Below are positions 1-8,873 of a stretch of 64,000 bases of DNA, one piece after another. Each line of letters begins with the position of its first letter. The first letter of the stretch is position 1. The stretch comes from an uncultured Alphaproteobacteria bacterium (GTDB taxonomy: Bacteria > Pseudomonadota > Alphaproteobacteria > Rhizobiales > Beijerinckiaceae). The stretch spans positions 62,772 through 126,771 of the forward strand of contig CAWANG010000035.1 in the NCBI GenBank assembly GCA_963783175.1, written 5' to 3'. Under the pieces are notes generated by a model that saw only the letters and a program-made list of their open reading frames with translations, searched no databases and was not told where the DNA came from. The position numbers and the translations under genes were made by a program.

Positions 1-965
1 CCGAGGCGGCGCAAAGCCGCGTTGATCGTGTTTTCGGACATGCATCGCGATTGCGAACGGACCGACGGGAACAGCAAAGCACCACGTCCTGTGATCTCCT
101 GGAGACGCCTGAGAATGGCTATGGCTTGGGGCGCCAATGGAACGCGGTGAGAGCGCCGCATCTTCATTCGGCCAGCGGGAACGGTCCAAACTCCGGCTTC
201 TAGATCAAATTCGCTCCAGCGGGAGTTACGCAGTTCGCCGGGACGCGGAAAGAGCAGCGCCATTAGCTGCAAAGCAGCGACTACCTCGGGTGTTCCCTCA
301 TAGCTATCGATTGCGCGAAGGAGCGCACCGAGAGGAACGGGCTCGACAATGGCGGCGCGGTTTCTTGTTTGTGGGGTGACTAGCGCACCGCGTAGGGCAA
401 AGGTCGGGTCATTCACGGCGTTGCCGTTGGCGATCGCGAAGCGGAATACCGCGCCAATAACTGATCGCAACCGAGTCGCAGTCTCTAACCGGCCGCGCGC
501 CTGGACGTGCTTTAAGGCAGCCAAAACCTCGGGAGCCGCAATTGCGGAAATGGCACGGGAGCCCAAGTCCGGCGTCGCTAGACCTAACATCCACTCCAAC
601 TTTTCCAAGGTGCTTTCAGCTTTGCCCTCGCGCCGCTTCTTCGCGAGAAACTGGTCGGCCATCGTCTCAAACGTATTTGAAGCCGCTGTCCGCGCCGCGA
701 TTCGGTCCAGCTTCTTTTTCTGGCCGGGATCGATTCCCAAGGACAGTTGCTCCTTCAGAGCGTCCCGCGCAGTCCGGGCATGCCTGAGGCTAACTGCTGG
801 ATAGACACCCAGGGCGCAGAGGCGCTGCTTCCCGGCAAACCGATACGCAAGCCGCCAATATTTTGCGCCCTTCGGGGTAATCCAAAGCTGCAAACCGCCG
901 CCGTCCGAGAACTTTTGCAGAGTCGCGATTGGCTTCGCTGTCTTGATGGCAAGGTCGCTGAGCAT
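1..965 (-). CDS. P4-family tyrosine integrase (3' end runs off the window edge)
   Basis: Not in the ORF track; translated by hand on the minus strand from ATG 965: MLSDLAIKTAKP...FSDGGGLQLWITPKGAKYWRLAYRFAGKQRLCALGVYPAVSL (arm-binding domain) ...LLFPRPGELRNSRWSEFDLEAGVWTVPAGRMKMRRSHRVPL...MSENTINAALRRL. Frame is open to position 1 and lies just downstream of a tRNA. Confidence 0.95.
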   Translation of the reverse strand, partial: MLSDLAIKTAKPIATLQKFSDGGGLQLWITPKGAKYWRLAYRFAGKQRLCALGVYPAVSLRHARTARDALKEQLSLGIDPGQKKKLDRIAARTAASNTFETMADQFLAKKRREGKAESTLEKLEWMLGLATPDLGSRAISAIAAPEVLAALKHVQARGRLETATRLRSVIGAVFRFAIANGNAVNDPTFALRGALVTPQTRNRAAIVEPVPLGALLRAIDSYEGTPEVVAALQLMALLFPRPGELRNSRWSEFDLEAGVWTVPAGRMKMRRSHRVPLAPQAIAILRRLQEITGRGALLFPSVRSQSRCMSENTINAALRRL

Positions 966-966
966 G

Positions 967-1032
967 TTGGTATCCGATTGGGCCGGTTTGCCGATACCAA
1001 TAATTATACCATCAAAATGTCCTGGATACCAA
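967..1032. promoter_or_regulatory. Cluster of TGGTAT(C) repeats upstream of the integrase, putative arm-type integrase binding sites
   Basis: ttggtatc at 967-974, gataccaa at 993-1000, ataccat near 1006-1012, gataccaa at 1025-1032, all between the tRNA 3' end and the integrase start. Confidence 0.45.
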
Positions 1033-1127
1033 CGAGCGACGCCGGACGACTCTGGCCGACAATTTGCCACTAACTTGCTGCAAGGAAACGATTTTTGGAT
1101 TACCTTAGACTGTATCGGACAGAGATT

Positions 1128-1212
1128 TGGTGCCCCTAGCCGGAATCGAACCAGCACTCCTTGCGGAATCCGATTTTGAGTCGGACGCGTCTACCAGTTC
1201 CGCCATAGGGGC
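1128..1212 (-). tRNA. tRNA-Leu (anticodon CAA)
   Basis: Reverse complement GCCCCTATGGCGGAACTGGTAGACGCGTCCGACTCAAAATCGGATTCCGCAAGGAGTGCTGGTTCGATTCCGGCTAGGGGCACCA: 85 nt, TCCGA/TCGGA anticodon stem with CAA, long variable arm, GGTTCGATTCC T-arm, encoded CCA. Confidence 0.97.
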
Positions 1213-1388
1213 CCGCGCCAAAGCGGACGGCGGGATATAGAACCCATGGGCGTTGAGGGTCAATGCGCGCCGGGGGCGTCTTGACCCTGCCCGAAGCTGC
1301 GATCCCGCGAATGAACCGGAACAAACCGTCGCATGGACGCCGTCGTCGCACTCGCTTATATGTTGCGCCGCACAACCTGGGCTCCGCA

Positions 1389-1970
1389 ATGTTCGACTCG
1401 CTCTACCCCCAACTCAAAGCGCTTGCCGAGGGTCCGCGTGCGGAAGGCGCCCTGGCCGCGGTCGCCTTCGCCGAGAGCTCGTTCTTTCCCGTTCCGCCCG
1501 ACGTCCTGCTCGCCCCGATGGCGCTCGCCAAACCCGCACGCGCGTGGCGATATGCGCTCATCGCCACCGTCGCCTCGGTCCTTGGCGGGACGCTCGGCTA
1601 CGCCATCGGCGCCATGCTCTACGACACGGTCGGGCAGTGGCTCGTCAACCTCTACGGCTACGGGGCGAAAGTGGAGGCGCTGAAGCAGACCTACGCGCAA
1701 TGGGGCTGGCTAGTGATCCTCGTCAAGGGCTTGACGCCGATCCCCTACAAGCTGGTGACGATCGTGAGCGGCCTGCTCGGCTATAACTTCCCGCTGTTCG
1801 TCGCGTTGTCGATCGTGACTCGGGGGGCGCGGTTCTTCATGGTCGCGGGCGCCCTTCACTGGTTCGGCGAACCGCTGCGCGTGGCGATGGAGCGCAATTT
1901 CGCCGCGGTTCTCGGCGGATTCGCCGCGCTGGTCGTCGCCGGCTTCGTGATCGCGATCAAGGTCTTCTGA
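1389..1970 (+). CDS. YqaA/DedA-family membrane protein
   Basis: AFAESSFFPVPPDVLLAPM and GLTPIPYKLVTI motifs; start moved to ATG 1389. Confidence 0.9.
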   Translation: MFDSLYPQLKALAEGPRAEGALAAVAFAESSFFPVPPDVLLAPMALAKPARAWRYALIATVASVLGGTLGYAIGAMLYDTVGQWLVNLYGYGAKVEALKQTYAQWGWLVILVKGLTPIPYKLVTIVSGLLGYNFPLFVALSIVTRGARFFMVAGALHWFGEPLRVAMERNFAAVLGGFAALVVAGFVIAIKVF

Positions 1971-1997
1971 TGAGAGACACCCGAGCCGCTCAATCCT

Positions 1998-2108
1998 TGT
2001 CATGCACGCGAAGGCGGGCGTCCAGGGGAACCGCCGCTGCAGCCTGCGATGTCGTCGAGACCGCTCTCTCCCTTGCGCCTCCGGATTCCCGCGTTCGCGC
2101 GAGTGACA
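1998..2108. repeat. REP-like imperfect palindromic element of the alphaproteobacterial GTCAT...ATGAC type
   Basis: Arm tgtcatgcacgcgaaggcgggcgtccagg is an imperfect inverted repeat of ccggattcccgcgttcgcgcgagtgaca; intergenic. Confidence 0.7.
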
Positions 2109-2142
2109 GTAGCCCCCCGGGGGTGGCCACGCGGTTCTTCCG

Positions 2143-2643
2143 ATGACGCTCGCCGAGATCGTCCTGCCGCCGTCGCCAGCGGCGAGGGCGCTCTTGATCG
2201 CCGCCGCGTCGCTCGCGATCCTCGCCGCGGTCTGGATTTTTCAGGGGCTCGGCTATCAGCCCTGCGAACTCTGCCTGACCCAGCGCTATGCCTTCTACGT
2301 CGCCGCTCCGCTCGCCGTCTTGACTGCCTTTGCCGCGAGCAGCCCGGCCCGATGCGTGGCGCGGGCCGGGTTCGCGTTGCTCACGGCGGCCTTCATCGCC
2401 AACGCCGCGCTGGCCGCCTATCATGTCGGGGTCGAATACCACTGGTGGGCGGGACCTACCGCCTGCACCGGCGGCCTGGCCGGATCGCTCGACGTCAACG
2501 ACCTCGCGAAGGCGCTCGATTCGGTCAAGGTCGTGCGCTGCGACGAAGTCCAGCTGCGGATCGCCGGACTGTCGCTTGCCGGCTGGAACGTTCTGGCCAG
2601 CGCCGCGCTCGCCGTCTACGCGGCGATTGCCGCGCGCCTTTAA
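2143..2643 (+). CDS. dsbB: Disulfide bond formation protein B
   Basis: QPCELCLTQR CxxC motif, YHVGVEYHWWAGPTAC, VVRCDE and hydrophobic helices. Confidence 0.9.
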   Translation: MTLAEIVLPPSPAARALLIAAASLAILAAVWIFQGLGYQPCELCLTQRYAFYVAAPLAVLTAFAASSPARCVARAGFALLTAAFIANAALAAYHVGVEYHWWAGPTACTGGLAGSLDVNDLAKALDSVKVVRCDEVQLRIAGLSLAGWNVLASAALAVYAAIAARL

Positions 2644-2913
2644 GCGTCAAAACTCAATCGGCGCAAACAGACGCCGCGGCCGCTTCCGGCATACAAGGTC
2701 CGCGAGCGAAACTTGGTGTCTGCGACAAGCGCTGATTCGATCATGTAGGCCGAAAAGCGTGGTCCTGCCCAAAGGTTTAGACCAAGAGACCTGACCACTT
2801 TTTTGGTAAGGCGGCGCGTTGAGCTGCCGGAAGAATAACGACGCGTCCAACGCCTGGCTTAGTCTGGCCTACCGCTGAGTTGCGAAAGCGACGCTTCGGG
2901 CGCGACCTCGCTC

Positions 2914-4047
2914 CTAAGCCGCAGCCTCGAATGGGACGTCGCCGGCTTCGGCAACCAGCGCCCTTGCAATGCGTTCGCCAGCGTCACCAAGGCCGAAGGG
3001 ATTTGCTTTGGTAAGCAGTTGACGTTCGTCGGAACAAGTCAGCTCGCGCACTCCTTCGACGATGGCGCTGTAGTCCGAGCCGACGAGTCGTCCGAATCCA
3101 GCCTCAACCACCTCGGGCCGCTCTGTAGTGTCGCGGGTAATCAGGATTTGCAGTCCAAGGGTCGGAGCTTCCTCCTGGATGCCGCCAGAGTCGCTCACGA
3201 CGCACCATGCGCGGGACATGAGATGCACGAAGTCTAGGTATTGAAGCGGCGGCAGAAGATGCACATTCGGCGCGTTCCCGAGGATGTCGAAGACTTCCTT
3301 CCTCACATCGGGGTTCAGGTGCACTGGCAACGCAATAACCTTATCGCCATCTTCCCCGATTGTCCGCAGCGCGCGCAGCACGTTGCGCAGCGGTTCGCCG
3401 ATATTCTCGCGGCGATGAGTAGTGGCGAGCACAAGCTTCTTATCCGTTGGCAGCATCGCCAGCGCCGGTTCAATCGGTCGGTAGTCTGACGTCAGACGGT
3501 CACGAGCATAGAGCAGCGCATCAACCACGGTGTTGCCGACTTCCCTAATTGTCGTTTCAGGCACATTCTCGCTGCGCAGATTTAGGGCGGCTTGCGCGGT
3601 TGGAGCGAAGTGCAAGGCGGCCGCCAGAGTGATGACTCGACGGTTGAACTCCTCCGGCCAAGGCGATCCGAGATCGCCCGTCCGCAGCCCCGCCTCAACG
3701 TGAGCAACCGGCACCCTGCAAAAGAAGCCAGCCATCCCTGCAGCGAGTGCAGTCGCAGTGTCTCCCTGCACGACCACCCAGTCGTACCGCTCGCGTCGTA
3801 GGACTTGTTCGACCTGCCGGGTCATTTCGCCGACCTTGCCTCCGAGTCCGGGTTCCTGCATGACGCGTTCGCCAGCCGCAAAAGTCACGGGTATCTCAAA
3901 AAGATCCAGAAGGCCGGCCGCAAGTTCCTGATGTTGGCCGGTCCAGAATACGTCCATCGTTACGCCGGGCGTCCTCTGCAGAGCCCGGCAGACGGGCCCC
4001 AGCTTGATGATTTCGGGTCGGGTGCCAACTGCTATGAGTACGTTCAC
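2914..4047 (-). CDS. wecB: UDP-N-acetylglucosamine 2-epimerase (non-hydrolysing)
   Basis: GTRPEIIK, VQGDT, HVEAGLRT, PWPEEFNR, TTHRREN, SDSGGIQEEAP motifs. Confidence 0.95.
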   Translation of the reverse strand: MNVLIAVGTRPEIIKLGPVCRALQRTPGVTMDVFWTGQHQELAAGLLDLFEIPVTFAAGERVMQEPGLGGKVGEMTRQVEQVLRRERYDWVVVQGDTATALAAGMAGFFCRVPVAHVEAGLRTGDLGSPWPEEFNRRVITLAAALHFAPTAQAALNLRSENVPETTIREVGNTVVDALLYARDRLTSDYRPIEPALAMLPTDKKLVLATTHRRENIGEPLRNVLRALRTIGEDGDKVIALPVHLNPDVRKEVFDILGNAPNVHLLPPLQYLDFVHLMSRAWCVVSDSGGIQEEAPTLGLQILITRDTTERPEVVEAGFGRLVGSDYSAIVEGVRELTCSDERQLLTKANPFGLGDAGERIARALVAEAGDVPFEAAA

Positions 4048-4060
4048 GGAACTACCTCCT

Positions 4061-5410
4061 TCATCTTGTCGCGGTTAAGAAGTCTTCGGGGAGTTCGTGG
4101 GCGGTTTTCGACCACACGATTGGCCGCGTCGCGAAGGCGGACTCTCCGAGGAAGGTTTTCCACGCGCGCCAGACCGCGGCCATGTTCACGTAAAGAGCAA
4201 CCGGCCAGCGCAGCGCTATGCCGAGCGGCTCATAATAGCCATACACACGATGGCAGGCGTCGAGCCGCACGAAATAGCGCAGCGCCAGAAACCCGAGGTT
4301 GATGCCGAGTGAGACCGACAGCAGATCCTGAACCTCTGGCGAAGCCATAGCCGGGTCGATCACTCCGAAAAAAACCAGCGCCAGGAAGATGAGCGATATC
4401 GGCGGCAGGAAACTGGTGAGGATGCCCTTGCGATCTCGCATAAAGAAGTAGCGATCCCACACATCGCCCTCCCATCCGAGCTTGCGTGTCGCCTCAAAGT
4501 TGATGCCGTAGACCCATCGGGTCTTCTGCTTGATCGAAGCCGCCAGTGATTTCGGGAAGAACTCTCGCGTGGCGACGTGATCGAGCCCATGTTCTTCTTG
4601 GGAGGAAACTGCCGCAAAAATGGCCTTAAAACCAGCGCGCTTTGCCTCGACGCCAAGGATGTAGTCCTCAGTGACACACCCAGTCATCAGCACATTGCCG
4701 CGCGTGCGTACAAAGTGCTCGATGAGACGTCTTGTCATGCACGTGCCGACCCCGGCCGACGGGATCGTGGCGCCCAATGCATGCCGCACGATCATTTCCC
4801 GGGTATGGCGTTCGGCAAACTCATCCATATAAGTCGCCGCGACCATTGAGCGGTGGGCGGATTTAAGCGAGAAAACCGGTACCTGGATAAAGTCGTGATC
4901 CGCCGCATGGGCTGCGTAGACTTCGAACGTACGCGGATCGATTACGTCCTCGCTGTCGTGCAGGACGGCGAGGTCGGGCGCGTCCGGCGCGCCATAGACC
5001 TGCCGAAACATCTCGTTGAGCAATTGACCCTTGGATGTGGGGCCCGCTAGCGTGTTGACGATCACTCGGACACGGTCCGGATGCTTCTTGGCGAGCTCCA
5101 TCGCCACGTCACAGGTCGCGGTGTCGTTTGGATAAACGCCAAGGTAGAGCCGCACCGTGGGAGTTGTGATGCGCGCCAGGTTGCCCTCGACCATCCGGTG
5201 GAGCACGTCCTCTTCGCGCCAGTTGGCGACGAACACTCCGATGCTCGGCTTATCGGTTTTCGAGGCGTGTTCGCTAGCAAACGATGAATGGGCGATCCCG
5301 AACGCCAACGCGTCGATCAGAGCGTCGTCGAAAGAGGAAAGGTTGATCAGCGCGCTCGTGCAGAGCATCGAGTTAATCAGGAAATCGTTCACGATGCTAA
5401 TCCCGGCCAA
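4061..5410 (-). CDS. GT2 glycosyltransferase, NfrB-like catalytic domain without the C-terminal MshEN domain
   Basis: GPTSKGQLLN, LHDSEDV, YMDEFAE, PSAGVG, TEDY, REFFP...KQKTRW..GI (QxxRW), RDRKG, C-terminal TM helices and WSKTAH; protein stops at 449 aa. Confidence 0.85.
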   Translation of the reverse strand: MAGISIVNDFLINSMLCTSALINLSSFDDALIDALAFGIAHSSFASEHASKTDKPSIGVFVANWREEDVLHRMVEGNLARITTPTVRLYLGVYPNDTATCDVAMELAKKHPDRVRVIVNTLAGPTSKGQLLNEMFRQVYGAPDAPDLAVLHDSEDVIDPRTFEVYAAHAADHDFIQVPVFSLKSAHRSMVAATYMDEFAERHTREMIVRHALGATIPSAGVGTCMTRRLIEHFVRTRGNVLMTGCVTEDYILGVEAKRAGFKAIFAAVSSQEEHGLDHVATREFFPKSLAASIKQKTRWVYGINFEATRKLGWEGDVWDRYFFMRDRKGILTSFLPPISLIFLALVFFGVIDPAMASPEVQDLLSVSLGINLGFLALRYFVRLDACHRVYGYYEPLGIALRWPVALYVNMAAVWRAWKTFLGESAFATRPIVWSKTAHELPEDFLTATR

Positions 5411-6557
5411 AGGATTTTTGGCTTGACGCCGTAGACCCTTCAGTCAGACGAATTGGCTCCTTCGCTTTCGACCCCTCTAGGGTCGCGGCGCCAAAGAGGC
5501 GACCCAGCGCGGAGCGAGTCTGGTCAAGCGCGGATTCGATCACGCCGACACGACAATCGGTCGCGAAACACGTCGTTATCTGGACGCGTTGATCCACCGG
5601 GAGCTCATTGGAATCCAGCAGGTCGATACGCACCAATCGTCCGCGCTCAAGCATCCGGTTGGGCGCCTGAAGGTCGTTCGGCAGAGTCTGGGCAAGAGGC
5701 AGGACACGGTCGATTCGGCCATTCAAAACCGCGTTTCGTGTCCTGACGCCAACATTCTGCCCCTCAGAGACCTCGAAGACATAGGCGTCCGGGACATAGG
5801 CGAGCACGAACCTCTTCCCAGTGAAGATGTCCGCGATGCCGCCGGTTCCCGTCGACACCGCCTGGCCGACGGCCGCAACAGACCCCCCGATGTCGCCGCT
5901 GACCGGGGCGTAGAGGGCCCCATCTTCGTAGGTGCTCATCAACTCGTCATAGGCAGTAGCGGCCTGCGCGAGCGCAGCGCGGTCAGCGTCCAATTCGACG
6001 GACAAAGACCCCTGCTCCGCCTGCAAGCTCGCGGCATGTTCGCGAGCCAAAAGGGAAGCCGACGTCATTTCTTGCACCGACTTGTTGAGTGTGAGGCCGC
6101 TCGCCCGCGCCTGATCGAGGTCGTTCAAAAAGGCGGCGGTTTGCGTCGCGCTCGACTTGGCCAGTGGGAGCGTGTCGGCAATGACCTGTCGTCGAGCTTG
6201 GAGTTCCCCGATCTTGCCCATCAGGCGCGCCTTTTCGGCGGCGAGGTCTGCAAGCGTCCGGCCGATCGCGACGGATTTCACAATCGCGATCTTTTGGCCC
6301 TTCTCCACGTGGTCGCCTGGGCGCACCAGGACCTGCGCCACTCGTCCCTCGAAGGCGGGCGCGACAGCCACTCGGTCGCGCATAACATAGCCATCGGCGC
6401 GCAACAGGACGCCCGAGAGGCCTCCTTGCAAATAGAAGACCGTACCGCCAATTGCGGAAACGAGCAGGCCGCCGTACAGCGCCAAGCGCTGAATACGCTT
6501 CCAGCTGACGCGACTGGCGCGCAGCTCTCCAGAATTGCGAATAGTCTGGTCAGTCAT
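5397..6557 (-). CDS. HlyD/membrane-fusion-family periplasmic adaptor
   Basis: Single N-terminal TM, lipoyl half motif VAPAFEGRVAQVLVRPGDHVEKGQKIA, coiled-coil hairpin, second half LYAPVSG; overlaps the GT2 start by 14 bp. Confidence 0.85.
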   Translation of the reverse strand: MTDQTIRNSGELRASRVSWKRIQRLALYGGLLVSAIGGTVFYLQGGLSGVLLRADGYVMRDRVAVAPAFEGRVAQVLVRPGDHVEKGQKIAIVKSVAIGRTLADLAAEKARLMGKIGELQARRQVIADTLPLAKSSATQTAAFLNDLDQARASGLTLNKSVQEMTSASLLAREHAASLQAEQGSLSVELDADRAALAQAATAYDELMSTYEDGALYAPVSGDIGGSVAAVGQAVSTGTGGIADIFTGKRFVLAYVPDAYVFEVSEGQNVGVRTRNAVLNGRIDRVLPLAQTLPNDLQAPNRMLERGRLVRIDLLDSNELPVDQRVQITTCFATDCRVGVIESALDQTRSALGRLFGAATLEGSKAKEPIRLTEGSTASSQKSFGRD

Positions 6558-6683
6558 TTCAGTCCCGCCGTCGTAGAGTTCGAAAACCGCTTGTCGACAG
6601 CTCCGCTGGACGGTCGCGACCTAAGATGGTTCCCGTTGGTTGCACGAGTCGCTGTGGCAGCGCTCGCAAGATGACAGTCACCT

Positions 6684-6699
6684 TGCAGGGTTCGTGCCA
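6684..6699 (-). promoter_or_regulatory. Sigma-54 (-24/-12) promoter for the adaptor-GT2-wecB operon
   Basis: Minus strand TGGCACGAACCCTGCA versus consensus TGGCACG-N4-TTGCW, correct GG-N10-GC spacing, about 125 bp upstream of ATG 6557. Confidence 0.7.
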
Positions 6700-6989
6700 C
6701 GGATGGGACGCCCTTTGCCAAAGCCGCGTCATGCTCACCGTCGCTCGGCCCGAACGCCGCGCGAAACAGGGCCGCTTCGTGCCGTTTCGTTTAAGGTTAT
6801 GGGGGACGAGCGGCTCGGATAAGGCCGGCATCTTGCATTGCGATTATTGCCAAATGCGAATCGTTATTGGCGAAAAGCGACATTCGAACGTCAGCCGAAA
6901 GCGTCTGGTATTAAATCGACTGAGACCGCCCTAGTGAGGAGGCACACGCCGTTGCCCGCGGATTGAGGCGAGAAAGAGAAGGCGCGACG

Positions 6990-7265
6990 ATTGCTTTCGA
7001 TAATCAGAATATCGTGCTATTGTGCCTCATATCGAATGGATCGGAATCGCTGCCCGGGCGCGAGAGGAGCGCCGCGCAGTATATTTTTTAACAGCGAGCG
7101 GTTCGCCTGATGGGGATTTAGGGCCTAAGCCCTTGAGAACTTTGAATCGGCGGCAGGAAAAGGCATTTGGATTCCCTTCCGCTGGATTTGGATTCTCTTC
7201 CGCTGGGTTTTGATTTCCTTCCGCCCGAATTTGGATTCCCTTCCTTCGGCTTGGAAACCTTTCCG
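6990..7265 (-). repeat. Dispersed ~250 bp element, copy C (five ~21-bp units, core, second block)
   Basis: ttgga/tttga at 7167, 7188, 7209, 7231, 7251; core (minus) aatccaaatgccttttcctgccgccgattcaaagttctcaagggcttaggcc; second block (minus) cacaatagcacgatattctgattatcgaaag. Confidence 0.8.
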
Positions 7266-7274
7266 GCGGCCCGC

Positions 7275-8753
7275 TCAGTCCGGCGCCTTGCCGAACGGGA
7301 TGCCGTTGACCATCAGCGACCGGTCGGGGTTGAGTTCGACCAGCCAGCTGAGGCTGCCGTCGCTTTCGCTTTTTCCCAGCCCCTTGGCCAAGGCGAGGGC
7401 GGGCATGACCTTGGCGGCGATGTCGGGCCCCAGGGCCTTGACTGCCGCCATCGTCTTGTCGAAACCGCGCATGTGAACGGTCAATGCGCCGGTAGGTTTG
7501 CGGTGATCGAAACGAATGACGCCGGTAAAGTCGGCGTCGACCGCGGGCGCGATGACATGCGACGGCGCAATTTCGACCCGGACCGGACCAGCGCTCAATA
7601 GGGCCGCCTCAACCTTGTCGGCGTCCTGGTCAGTCATCACATCGCCGTCGCCCTGCAAGTTCAGGGCGTCGATCCACGTATTCGCCGCCGCGGTCAGGTC
7701 GATGCCTTTGACCGTCGCCGCCACGTCGATCTTCGACGGCGTCAAGTCGCCTCCTCCGGGCGGGAGCAGCCCGACCGGCAAGCTCAGTCCCTCAGCCGAG
7801 ACCCCCAGGCTGATCGAGCTCTGCGGCCCCGCGTTGGCCGCGCCGAGCTGATATTTCGCGTCTGTCAGGGCAATCGCGCCAATCGACGCGGCGACGAAGG
7901 TCTTCTGTGCTTCAATGCCTTCGGCGAACCTGAGGCCGGGGGCGGTCAGCTCTTTGAGCAGGCCCTTCAACTCCGCCTCGTGGGCGGCAAGATCGGCGCG
8001 CGCCGGGTGAGAAGCCACCAGGCCCCATAGCTCGAACGCCTTGAGGCTTTTGAACCCGTCGACGCCGACATCGATCAGCGCCTTGTCCGACCGCCCGCTG
8101 ACGTTGACCGGAGCGTCATTCCCCCCAACCCCGGTCGCTTTGAACCCGATGTCGGAAATGTCCTCCTTCACCACCGTTGAAACCGAGCCGTCGGTGCCGA
8201 GGGTGGTCGTGACGTTCTCCTGAACGGCGCCGAATTCGGCCGCCTGCTCGAGCTTTGGCGTATGAATCAGCAGAGTTCCCTTGTCCACGCTCGCCGAACC
8301 GCCGAGAAGCCAGGCGATCGCCGGACTGATCAGCGCGGTCGAGCGGAAATTCGTCAGTTCGACGCTGCCGTTCGCTCCCTCGGAATGAAAAACGATGCGG
8401 GGAAGCGAGTCCATCATGAGCCGCCAATTGCCGTCATCCTGTTCGACGGCCTTGTAGACGATGGTCGCCGGATCGTATGACGCGCCCGTCTCCTGGAGGA
8501 GCGCGTTGAGCGCGCTGAGGTCGGCCGAGATGAGATAGTCGGCGCCCTCCGGCGTCACCGTCACGAGGGGGGACGCCCCGGCCTGCGCCGCGGGCAAATA
8601 ATTGGCGATCAGGGTTCTGAGCGCGTCCGCGCCCTCGGGCGTGGCTGGCCGGTCGGCCGCAAGCGCGGGAATCGCCCACAGCGCCGCCGCGGCCAGCGGC
8701 GCGAGCGCGAAACGCCGACGCGAACGGCTCGGGCGCAGTCGTATGGAGGGCAT
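7275..8753 (-). CDS. Hypothetical exported protein
   Basis: Long ORF with host-like codon usage and signal-peptide-like N terminus (RRRFALAPLAAAALWAIPALAA); alternative TTG start at 8783. Confidence 0.8.
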   Translation of the reverse strand: MPSIRLRPSRSRRRFALAPLAAAALWAIPALAADRPATPEGADALRTLIANYLPAAQAGASPLVTVTPEGADYLISADLSALNALLQETGASYDPATIVYKAVEQDDGNWRLMMDSLPRIVFHSEGANGSVELTNFRSTALISPAIAWLLGGSASVDKGTLLIHTPKLEQAAEFGAVQENVTTTLGTDGSVSTVVKEDISDIGFKATGVGGNDAPVNVSGRSDKALIDVGVDGFKSLKAFELWGLVASHPARADLAAHEAELKGLLKELTAPGLRFAEGIEAQKTFVAASIGAIALTDAKYQLGAANAGPQSSISLGVSAEGLSLPVGLLPPGGGDLTPSKIDVAATVKGIDLTAAANTWIDALNLQGDGDVMTDQDADKVEAALLSAGPVRVEIAPSHVIAPAVDADFTGVIRFDHRKPTGALTVHMRGFDKTMAAVKALGPDIAAKVMPALALAKGLGKSESDGSLSWLVELNPDRSLMVNGIPFGKAPD

Positions 8754-8873
8754 TAGGCGGCCTATTTGGTTCGGCGAGGACAATCCGAGTTTGCGCGAGC
8801 CTACTCCGATTCTCCGCCGCCGCGCGACAAATACCGCCTATGCGCGTTCGGCGGCGGCTCGTCGGCGTCGCTC

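Noticed and set aside
137-1179. Short ORFs in the track at the left end (for example 349..804)
   Set aside because: They are antisense or out-of-frame shadows of the integrase.
2760-2785. tggtcctgcccaaaggtttagacca resembles an IS3-family terminal inverted repeat
   Set aside because: No partner repeat and no transposase remnant found in the adjacent frames I translated; resemblance is from memory only.
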